Assembly: GCA_039030755.1 (NCBI GenBank)
Contig: JBCCDN010000001.1
Location: forward strand, 1 to 56,250
Source: Planctomycetota bacterium
GTDB taxonomy: Bacteria; Planctomycetota; Phycisphaerae; Phycisphaerales; Phycisphaeraceae
DNA: 56,250 bases
Reading direction: 5' to 3'
Below the pieces are notes generated by a model. It did not search any database, was not told the origin of the DNA, and saw only the letters and a program-made list of their open reading frames with translations. The translations under genes and the position numbers were made by a program. Of the stretch, positions 18,283 to 26,192 are shown in pieces. Within the stretch, counting starts at the first letter, position 1; each line of letters opens with the position of its first letter.

Positions 18283-18397
18283 CCTAGGTGCCGTTGACCT
18301 TGCGGCATGATGCCGGCGTCTCGTGGAGCGGTCGCTGTCGGCCTATGCCGTAGGCGAGCGGGGTCGACGGATACCTTATCGGGACTAATATCACGTC

Positions 18398-19741
18398 ATG
18401 CCCGAAATGCTTTGGGATCTGTTGCGCGGGTTCTGGGCGGTGCTGGCCGAGATGGCGCCGTGGCTGGTGATGGGGTTCGCGTTCGCGGGCGTGCTTTGGG
18501 TGTTTGTCAAGCCGGCGTGGGTCGCGCGACACCTGTCGGCCCCCGGAAGTGAAGACGGCGGAAAGAACCGGCGGTCTCGGCTCCCGGGGAGCGCGGTGGT
18601 GAAGGCGTCGCTGATGGGCGTGCCGCTGCCGTTGTGTTCTTGCGGCGTGATCCCGGTGGGCACGAGCTTGCACAAGCAAGGGGCGAGTCAGGGGGCGTCG
18701 GCTTCGTTCCTGATCTCCACGCCGCAAACGGGAGTGGATTCAATTTTGGCAACGTACGCATTGATGGGGCCGGTGTTTGCCGTGGTTCGGCCGGTCGTAG
18801 CGCTGGTGAGCGGCGTCTTGGGCGGCTGGCTAGTGGATGCGGTGGTCGTTCGCGAAAGTCCGAGCAAACCAAGGACTCCAGAAAAGGGAGCGTGTGCTTC
18901 GTCGGCGTGCTGCGATCCTTCAAGCGATGATTGGGCGATCAATGCTTCGTGGCTCGGCAAGCTCAAAGCGGCGGCACGTTATGGATTCGTAACCTTGCCG
19001 GCCGACCTGGTGAGGTCGCTGTTCGTGGGCCTCGTGCTCGCGGCGATGTTGACGTCGCTGTTAGACGGCGACGCGTTGGCGGCCTGGTTTGGTGGGCCGT
19101 GGGGCGTGCTGTTTGCGGTGCTCCTCGGCATCCCGATTTATGTTTGCTCGACGGGTTCGATCCCTATCGCGGTGGCGTTGTTGGCGGTGGGCGCTTCGCC
19201 GGGCGCGGCGCTAGCGTTTCTGATCGCCGGGCCGGCGACGAACGCCGCGACAATCGCGGTGGTCGGCGGGGCGCTGGGCCGACGGACGACGGTGGCGTAC
19301 GCGGCGTCGGTGCTGGTGACCGCGATCGCCTCGGGCTACGCGCTCAACGTGGCGGTGGCCGCGGGTTTGTCGCTACGGCTTCCGGAAAGCGTGACGCACC
19401 TACACCAGCACGGCTTGACCCGAATCGATCACGCCTGGGCGGTGGCCTTGCTGCTGCTGATGGTTGTGGGGTGGGGAGCGCGTCGAGGCTGGTGGGCCAA
19501 CATAGAACCGCAAGCGGCGACCAAAGGCAAGACCGAGCCCGAGCAACTCGAACTCGCCGTCGACGGCATGAACTGTTCGCATTGCGTGGGCAGTGTCGAA
19601 GGGGCGATCAAAGCCGTACCGGGCGTGTCGAGCGTGGTCGTTGATCTACCGGGCAAACGTGCGACGGTCGCGGGGGTCGCGCTGGATCGAGATGCTCTGG
19701 CGGCGGCGATCTCAGCGGCCGGGTTCCGCGTGCCGGGCTGA
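18398..19741 (+). CDS. Permease (DUF318 / SO_0444-like putative metal transporter) fused to a C-terminal heavy-metal-associated (HMA) domain
   Basis: The two halves of the permease carry paired Cys motifs (PLCSCGVIPV and YVCSTGSIPIA). The last roughly 70 aa form an HMA fold with GMNCSHC. Confidence 0.75.
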   Translation: MPEMLWDLLRGFWAVLAEMAPWLVMGFAFAGVLWVFVKPAWVARHLSAPGSEDGGKNRRSRLPGSAVVKASLMGVPLPLCSCGVIPVGTSLHKQGASQGASASFLISTPQTGVDSILATYALMGPVFAVVRPVVALVSGVLGGWLVDAVVVRESPSKPRTPEKGACASSACCDPSSDDWAINASWLGKLKAAARYGFVTLPADLVRSLFVGLVLAAMLTSLLDGDALAAWFGGPWGVLFAVLLGIPIYVCSTGSIPIAVALLAVGASPGAALAFLIAGPATNAATIAVVGGALGRRTTVAYAASVLVTAIASGYALNVAVAAGLSLRLPESVTHLHQHGLTRIDHAWAVALLLLMVVGWGARRGWWANIEPQAATKGKTEPEQLELAVDGMNCSHCVGSVEGAIKAVPGVSSVVVDLPGKRATVAGVALDRDALAAAISAAGFRVPG

Positions 19742-19759
19742 GCCTCGTACGATCCGGGC

Positions 19760-20071
19760 ATGGAAGACGCTAACCCCCTGACGTTCCGCGATTTTCAGCG
19801 GCACATCCACGAGAAGTATTACGCAACCGATAGCCAGCGCGGCACGGCCGGGACGTTCATGTGGCTGGTCGAAGAAGTCGGCGAGCTCGCAACGGCGCTG
19901 CACAAAAGCGCGGGCGAAGGCGGGGACACGTCCGGCGACGACGACCCCGCCGGCGAATTCGCGGACGTGTTGGCCTGGCTCTGCACGTTGGCCAACATCA
20001 ACAACATCGACCTCGAACAGGCGTTGCGCGATAAGTACTTCAAGGACGGTGGGCCGAAGGGGCACAAATAG
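19760..20071 (+). CDS. MazG-like nucleotide pyrophosphohydrolase domain protein
   Basis: EEVGELA ... EFADVLAWL is the EExxE...ExxD helix pair of the all-alpha NTP-PPase (MazG) fold. Single domain, 103 aa. Confidence 0.7.
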   Translation: MEDANPLTFRDFQRHIHEKYYATDSQRGTAGTFMWLVEEVGELATALHKSAGEGGDTSGDDDPAGEFADVLAWLCTLANINNIDLEQALRDKYFKDGGPKGHK

Positions 20072-20393
20072 TCCACGCTGCATTGCGTCTTATTGCGACG
20101 CATACGGCAAATCTAAGCATCGACGCAATTCGCGGTCTGCGGCTTGGTGATGAACCGTGACATCGTGGTCTCCGCTGTGCACCATGATTCGGCTTCGGTT
20201 CGCCAAGCGTGTCGTGACGTCTTCGTCGCGTCGTACCCACCGTGGCGAAGCCCCAACCTCGAAACCCGGCCGTGCCCACGCAGCAACGGGAAACGACGGG
20301 GCAACAGCGACAAACACGAGCGGCTACGTGCTGTCGGCGTGGCGGGCGTATCCGCAAACTTAACGGCCCGATCACGCTGTCACGCAAACCGAT

Positions 20394-20528
20394 TCAGCGT
20401 TTACGGCGCTGCGGCGCGTTTTTCTTGAAACGCTCGATCACGTAGGCCACCAACGCGATCAGTACGATCAGCGTGAACATAGTGCCCAAAGTCAAAACGA
20501 CAAATGCGGTACTGACGGCCAACAACAT
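20394..20528 (-). CDS. Possible 44-aa single-pass membrane mini-protein downstream of dxs (absent from the supplied ORF track)
   Basis: Hand translation gives MLLAVSTAFVVLTLGTMFTLIVLIALVAYVIERFKKNAPQRRKR*. GGAGA lies 6 nt upstream of the ATG and the tail is positive-inside. The ORF starts 53 nt after the dxs stop. Confidence 0.35.
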   Translation of the reverse strand: MLLAVSTAFVVLTLGTMFTLIVLIALVAYVIERFKKNAPQRRKR

Positions 20529-20581
20529 CAGCAGTCTCCAGCGGAGGATCCAAGCTCGCCACGAGCCGATCGCAGTGCGAA

Positions 20582-22534
20582 TTAAACCGGTACGGACCAG
20601 TCGGAACGGTCACGAGCCGGCTCGGACAGAATCTCAATCGCACGTCGGGCGATGCCGGCCGCGTCGAGGCCCGCATCGCGGAGTTGAGCAGATCGCGTAT
20701 CCGGGCCGACCCAAACGGCGGGCATGCCAAGGCGGTGAATCAGGCGTGTATCCAGGCGGGCGTTCGTCGCGGCCTCAAGCACAGCCGAGCCGAACCCGCC
20801 GTCCACTAGGTGGTCTTCGACGGTGAGCACCGGAACGCCGCGGCCGAGCAGGTCGGAGAGCAGCGTGATGTCTACCGGCTTGGCAAAGCGAGCGTCGTAG
20901 AGCGCTGGGTCGTGGCCGTGTTCACGGAGCAAAGCCAGCGCACCGCGAGCTTGCACGCAGGTCGTGCCGTAGGCCAGGATCGCAAGATCGGGCGTGTCGG
21001 CTTCGGCACCAGTTATCAGGTTCGCCTTGCCCAACACAAACGGCGGCGTGTCGGCCTCGGCCTGCATCGCCGGGTCGGCCACCGCATCGCGCGGGTAACG
21101 CAAAAACGTCGCGCCGTCGCCGTAGTCCCGCATGAACCGCAGCGCTGCCTTGAGCGTGGGCTCGTCGCTGCACGCCAAAAGCACCGAGCCGGGCAATACC
21201 CGAAACATCGCGATATCCATGAAGCCGTGGTGAACCGCCCCATCGCCGCCGACGTAACCCGCGCGGTCCATACATACCCGGACCGGCAAACCCTGCAACG
21301 CGACTTCTTGGAACACTTGGTCCAACGCCCGTTGGCTGAACGTGGAGTAGACCGCAAAAAACGGCTTCATCCCGCTTTTGGCCATGCCCGCACACATATC
21401 CATCGCGTGGCTTTCACAGATGCCCGTGTCGAGCGTGCGTTCCGGAAATCGCTCGATCAATTTCGCCACGCCCGTGCCGTCGGGCATCGCCGCCGTGACC
21501 GCGACGATCTTCTCGTCGTCGTCCATCAACGCCGCCATCGCGTCGGCGTACGCCGCGGTGAACGATCGGCCCTTTTTGGGCATCTCAACTCGACAGCCGT
21601 TCATCGTGAACGCCGCGGGGCTATGGAACGTCGTCGCGTCACCCTCGGCGTGATCAAACCCTTTGCCCTTGATCGTCTTGACATGCAGCAGCACCGGGTG
21701 GTTCAAATCTTTGACTTCTTCGAGCACGTCGATCAGCCACGGCAAGTCGTGACCATCGATCGGACCTAAACATAAATGCCCAAAGTGCTCGAACATGTGC
21801 TCGTGGGCGATCAACGCTTTCAGCACGTCGCCGCCGCGGTGATACGCCTCTTCCACCAGGCTGCCGCCGGGGACGTGATCGAGCACGCGCTTGCCGGTGC
21901 GCTTCAGCGCGTTATACCGCGTCGAGACCCGCACGCGATCAAAATACCCCGCCATCGCGCCCTGGGGCTTGGCGATGGACATGCCGTTGTCGTTGAGTAC
22001 CGTCAGGAATTGTCGCCGCAGCGTGCCCGCGTTGTTCAGGCCCTCGAGTGCGACGCCGTTAAAGATGCTCGCATCACCAATCAAGACAGAGCACTTACGA
22101 AGTGCCTTGCCCACGCCGCCGGCGACCATGTCATCGCCGCGTGCCAGCCCCACCGCCGTGCTAATCGCGGTGCCGGCATGCCCGACGCTGAACAGGTCGT
22201 ATCCCGATTCGCGGGGCTCGGGGAAGCCCGCCATCCCGCCTTTTTGCCGCAATTGGCCCAGCAGCGGCAAACGGCCGGTCAGGAGTTTGTGCGGGTAGCA
22301 CTGGTGGCCGACATCGAAGAGTAGCCGGTCGGCATCGGGGCCGAACTCGAAAACCCGGTGCATCGCGATCGTCAAATCCACCACCCCCAGGTTCGGCGCA
22401 AGGTGCCCTCCGCTCCGAGATACCTGCTCGATAATCGCCGTGCGCATTTCAGCAGCCAGATCGGTGAGCCGGTCGGCGGGCAGGGCCTTGAGATCGGCCG
22501 GGCTGGCGATGTTGGGCAGCAGCGGTTGAGACAC
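20582..22534 (-). CDS. dxs: 1-deoxy-D-xylulose-5-phosphate synthase
   Basis: Full-length match to Dxs (GGHLAPNLGVVDLTIA, DVGHQCYPHKLLTGR, the TPP-binding GDASIFNGVALEGLN, ICESHAM). Confidence 0.95.
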   Translation of the reverse strand: MSQPLLPNIASPADLKALPADRLTDLAAEMRTAIIEQVSRSGGHLAPNLGVVDLTIAMHRVFEFGPDADRLLFDVGHQCYPHKLLTGRLPLLGQLRQKGGMAGFPEPRESGYDLFSVGHAGTAISTAVGLARGDDMVAGGVGKALRKCSVLIGDASIFNGVALEGLNNAGTLRRQFLTVLNDNGMSIAKPQGAMAGYFDRVRVSTRYNALKRTGKRVLDHVPGGSLVEEAYHRGGDVLKALIAHEHMFEHFGHLCLGPIDGHDLPWLIDVLEEVKDLNHPVLLHVKTIKGKGFDHAEGDATTFHSPAAFTMNGCRVEMPKKGRSFTAAYADAMAALMDDDEKIVAVTAAMPDGTGVAKLIERFPERTLDTGICESHAMDMCAGMAKSGMKPFFAVYSTFSQRALDQVFQEVALQGLPVRVCMDRAGYVGGDGAVHHGFMDIAMFRVLPGSVLLACSDEPTLKAALRFMRDYGDGATFLRYPRDAVADPAMQAEADTPPFVLGKANLITGAEADTPDLAILAYGTTCVQARGALALLREHGHDPALYDARFAKPVDITLLSDLLGRGVPVLTVEDHLVDGGFGSAVLEAATNARLDTRLIHRLGMPAVWVGPDTRSAQLRDAGLDAAGIARRAIEILSEPARDRSDWSVPV

Positions 22535-22656
22535 AGATCAAAAGCCAAATCGGGGCGAGCGGGTCCGGTCGGATCGGGTCGGCGTCCGGCCGTGCCCATT
22601 GATCGCATCATAGACCAACCGAAGAGCATCGGCGGATCCGATAGTCGGTACGCCGC

Positions 22657-23556
22657 TCATCGCGTCCGGGTCGCCAATCGTTCCGCCATCGCCCGCAACG
22701 GTTCGGCCGAGGGCCCGAACGACGCCAACGCCGCGACCGCTTGCTCGTGCAGCCGCGCAATCTCCCGCCGGGTCCCGTCTACGCCGAACACGCCGGGGTA
22801 CGTCAGCTTGCCCGCTTCGGCGTCTTTCTGTGTGGCCTTGCCCAGCGTCGCCGCGTCGCTCGTGACGTCCAGCAAATCGTCCACGGCCTGGAACATTAAA
22901 CCCAGTGCATTCCCGAAGATCGCAAGCTTGTCGGAAGCATCGTCGTCCCCGCCGCCCGCGAGGGCTCCCATCCGGCAACCCGCCCGAAGTAGCGCCCCGG
23001 TCTTCAGCGTGTGGACTTTCCGCAACCTCTCCTCGACGCCCAAGACGGACGCGTCGCCTCCGCCTAGCGTGTCCAACACCTGCCCCGCGATCATCGCGTT
23101 GGTCGCCCGCGCGAGTTCATAGATGGCACGCTTGGCCCACGCAGCGTTCAAATCCGCTAACGCCTCCATGGCCAGGCCCTGCAGAGCGTCACCCGCCAAC
23201 ACCGCCGCCGCTTCGTCAAACTGCTTGTGCACCGTCGGCCGACCCCGGCGTAGGTCGTCGTCATCCATGGCCGGGAGGTCGTCGTGCACGAGCGAAAACG
23301 CATGAACCATCTCCAACGCGGCCGCCGCGTAGAACACGTCGTCGTCCGGCGGCGTACCACCCGCCACCGCCCACGCGCTCCGAACACACAGCAGCGGCCG
23401 TACCCGTTTACCCGGCCCCAAGACGGCATAAAGCATCGCGTCTCGCAGCCGGGCGGGGAATTCCCGTCCTTCGATCAGCACCGAGATCACCGCGTCGACC
23501 TTCTGGACCAGCGTGGCATCGCTTAAGGACTCGGCATCGACAGATGGGTTCAACAT
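22657..23556 (-). CDS. ispA: Polyprenyl (farnesyl/geranylgeranyl) diphosphate synthase
   Basis: ATG 23556 gives 299 aa. The first Asp-rich motif is HDDLPAMDDDDLRRG and the second is FQAVDDLLD. It sits upstream of dxs, as in the classical ispA-dxs arrangement. Confidence 0.9.
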   Translation of the reverse strand: MLNPSVDAESLSDATLVQKVDAVISVLIEGREFPARLRDAMLYAVLGPGKRVRPLLCVRSAWAVAGGTPPDDDVFYAAAALEMVHAFSLVHDDLPAMDDDDLRRGRPTVHKQFDEAAAVLAGDALQGLAMEALADLNAAWAKRAIYELARATNAMIAGQVLDTLGGGDASVLGVEERLRKVHTLKTGALLRAGCRMGALAGGGDDDASDKLAIFGNALGLMFQAVDDLLDVTSDAATLGKATQKDAEAGKLTYPGVFGVDGTRREIARLHEQAVAALASFGPSAEPLRAMAERLATRTR

Positions 23557-23600
23557 CGAACAGACGATAGGCCCAGGGTTTTCATCGCGAAACCCAACGG

Positions 23601-24740
23601 TCAACTCAGCCGCATTTCACACCAATCCGCGATCCGTGCCGCCCCGTCGCCCATCGGCCGATCCCGCAACACGCCCGACATCGCCTCGCGCTGGTTCCCG
23701 TTATGCATCAGCTCCAACACCGGCCCGGAAATCTCCGAGACGTTCGCGTCCCGCTCAATCCGATCCCTCAACAGGACCGCCCCGCCCGCGTTCGACAGCG
23801 GCAACGCATTGAGCCGCTGATGCTGATCTTTGTGATATGGGTACGGCAAGAACAAGGTCGGCACCGCGTTGCTCCACGCCTCGGCCACCGTGCCCGCGCC
23901 GGCCCGCGTGAGCGCCAAGTCCGCCGAGGCCCACGCCAACCCCATGCGATGCCCAAACGGCTCGACCACCGCCGACACGCCCGCTTCCGCGTAAGCCTCT
24001 CGCAGGGTATCCACGTCGTCTCGCCCGGGCCCGGCGTAGTGCAGCACCTGCCAACCCTCGAATTTTCTGGCGACGCCGGTCCGCGTCATCCACTCGGCCA
24101 TCGCTTCGTTGATCGTTGTCGCGCCCTGCGAACCGGCAAAGACCAGCAGCGTCTGCTTTGTTGCATCCAGCCCCAAACCCGCACGGGCCGACGACGCGTC
24201 GAGATGACTCACCGCCGTGTACCGCAGCGGAAATCCTACGACATCCGCGTCGCGCCTGTTCCGATCTTTCAGCCCACCGCCGTGCAACGCCGCGAACACG
24301 ACGTCCGCCTTACGGGCCATCAGCCGGTTCGCCCTTCCCGCCTTCGCATCCAGCGACACCAACGCCACCGGCACCCCGCACGCCCGCGCCGCCGCCACCG
24401 CCGGCCCACTCACAAACCCTCCCGTCGCCACGAGCGCCGCTGCGCCCCCCGAACTCTCAAGCGTGCGAATCATCCGCCGTACCGCCCGCTGGCTCTCCGT
24501 GTACCCCCGAGTAAACCGCGCCGCCCCGCCAAGCGTCTTCCGCAGCGAGGTCGCCGGCAGCGCTTCCCAAGCAATCCCCGCCGCCTCCGCGATTTCCCGA
24601 TCCACGTTGCGTTCCGACACCAGCAACCGGGGCGTCACCTCAAGCCGACGCTCGAACAGCCGTTCGACCACCGCTAGGTTCGGAAAGATGTGCCCGCCCG
24701 ACCCGCCACCGGCAAACAGAATCGTGGGTGAAGCAGCCAT
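23601..24740 (-). CDS. murG: UDP-GlcNAc:lipid I N-acetylglucosaminyltransferase MurG
   Basis: The N-terminal G-loop is FAGGGSGGHIFPNLAV. GT28 two-domain layout, directly downstream of the SEDS gene. Confidence 0.85.
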   Translation of the reverse strand: MAASPTILFAGGGSGGHIFPNLAVVERLFERRLEVTPRLLVSERNVDREIAEAAGIAWEALPATSLRKTLGGAARFTRGYTESQRAVRRMIRTLESSGGAAALVATGGFVSGPAVAAARACGVPVALVSLDAKAGRANRLMARKADVVFAALHGGGLKDRNRRDADVVGFPLRYTAVSHLDASSARAGLGLDATKQTLLVFAGSQGATTINEAMAEWMTRTGVARKFEGWQVLHYAGPGRDDVDTLREAYAEAGVSAVVEPFGHRMGLAWASADLALTRAGAGTVAEAWSNAVPTLFLPYPYHKDQHQRLNALPLSNAGGAVLLRDRIERDANVSEISGPVLELMHNGNQREAMSGVLRDRPMGDGAARIADWCEMRLS

Positions 24741-24799
24741 CTAATGACGCAGCCGCCGCCCCGAGACGCCGAGACGACAAGAAAAAAATGCTTGGTCGT

Positions 24800-26110
24800 T
24801 CACGCCGCTTGCCCTTCGACATGCGGCAGGCCGGCCGTGGACGGGTGTTGACGTCCAAGTCTCGACTGAATGCGTTCAGCGGTGCGTCTCTTGGTCTCCG
24901 CATGCGCCGCGTGTCGCTCGGCCGAGCCGTCCGCCAACGCTGCGGCGTGATCCAGCGAAGCCACCAGCCCCAACATGAACCCCGTGACGCACCACCCCGT
25001 GCCGCCCGCGCTCAAGAGCGGTAAGGCGATGCCCTTGGTCGGCACCACCACGGTCACCACCGCGATGTTCATCACCGCCTGACCGCCGATGGTCAGCAGC
25101 ACGCCCAAGCCAAGCAGCCGGCTGAACGCATCCTTGCATTGCGTCACGATTCCCAGGCCCACCCACAAGATCACAAGGATCAACCCGATCACCAATCCCA
25201 CGCCCGCCAGCCCGAGCTCCTCCGCGACAATCGGCAGCAAGAAGTCGGTGGTGTCTTCGGGAAGGTGATATGTCCGCACGCCATTGCCCAGGCCCGTGCC
25301 CGTCACGCCGCCGTGCGCGAAGGCCAAGAGCGATTGAATCGGGTGGTAGCCGATGCCCTGTGGGTCCGCCCACGGATCGAGAAACGCAAGCAGCCGTTGC
25401 ACGCGGTACGGACTCGTCACGATCAACCCGATGACGCCCACCGCCCCGATCGGGATCAGCATGCCGACCTGCCACCACTTTGCACCTCCCGCCAGCAGCA
25501 TCGCCACCGCCACGGCCCCGATTAGCGCCCCCGTGCCCAGGTCTTCCACAATCACCATGCCTACGCCCACGCCAATCAAAAGCAGCGGCGGCATCAACCC
25601 ATGCCAGAACCGATGCATCACGCCCGCCCGCCGCGCACACCACCAGGCCAACGCCACGATCATGGTCCACTTCAGCAGCTCGCTGGGCTGAAACGAAAAC
25701 CCGCCCAACGCAATCCACCGCGACGACCCGTTGACGCTCCGCCCCACCCCCGGAACAAACGTCAACCCCACGAGAACCAGCGAACCCAACACCATCAGCC
25801 ACAGCGGGTTCAGCATCGCCGCCTTAGCCTGATCCCATACCGATCGCGGACCCATCGGCCGGTCATCCAGCCGCCGCGTGAACCCGAATACCCCCCGCAC
25901 ATCGATCCGCGAACCGACCCACATCGCTGTGACGGCCAGCAACGCAAAAATCGCGTGACGCCCACCCCACCCCTGGAAAATCGCATCCCAACGCTCGTCG
26001 ACCGGCACCACACCCGTCCCGACCGTAAGCCCGGCCGACCGCGTCATCACCACCGCCAACGCCAGCAAACCAGCCGCCGCCGCCATCAACATGTGCGCGT
26101 ATCTCACCAC
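24800..26110 (-). CDS. ftsW: SEDS-family peptidoglycan polymerase (FtsW/RodA/SpoVE)
   Basis: Ten-TM protein with conserved SEDS blocks (SRWIALGGFSFQPSELLKW, HLPEDTTDFLLPIVAEELG, PTKGIALPLLSAGGT). The ftsW label rests only on adjacency to murG. Confidence 0.8.
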   Translation of the reverse strand: MVRYAHMLMAAAAGLLALAVVMTRSAGLTVGTGVVPVDERWDAIFQGWGGRHAIFALLAVTAMWVGSRIDVRGVFGFTRRLDDRPMGPRSVWDQAKAAMLNPLWLMVLGSLVLVGLTFVPGVGRSVNGSSRWIALGGFSFQPSELLKWTMIVALAWWCARRAGVMHRFWHGLMPPLLLIGVGVGMVIVEDLGTGALIGAVAVAMLLAGGAKWWQVGMLIPIGAVGVIGLIVTSPYRVQRLLAFLDPWADPQGIGYHPIQSLLAFAHGGVTGTGLGNGVRTYHLPEDTTDFLLPIVAEELGLAGVGLVIGLILVILWVGLGIVTQCKDAFSRLLGLGVLLTIGGQAVMNIAVVTVVVPTKGIALPLLSAGGTGWCVTGFMLGLVASLDHAAALADGSAERHAAHAETKRRTAERIQSRLGRQHPSTAGLPHVEGQAA

Positions 26111-26192
26111 CCACCTATCATCGACAAAGCGGCTCGAATTCGCTGATTTTCCCCGTCACGCCGGCGCTTAGGCCTCTGGAGTCTGATGAGTC

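Noticed and set aside
19153-19164. GGGTTCGATCCC, a tRNA T-arm-like string
   Set aside because: It lies inside the well-supported permease-HMA CDS, and no acceptor or anticodon arms can be built around it.
24876-25802. 308-aa ORF inside ftsW in another frame, and similar ORFs within murG (23703-24677)
   Set aside because: Gly/Arg-rich low-complexity translations. The SEDS and MurG frames carry the conserved motifs.
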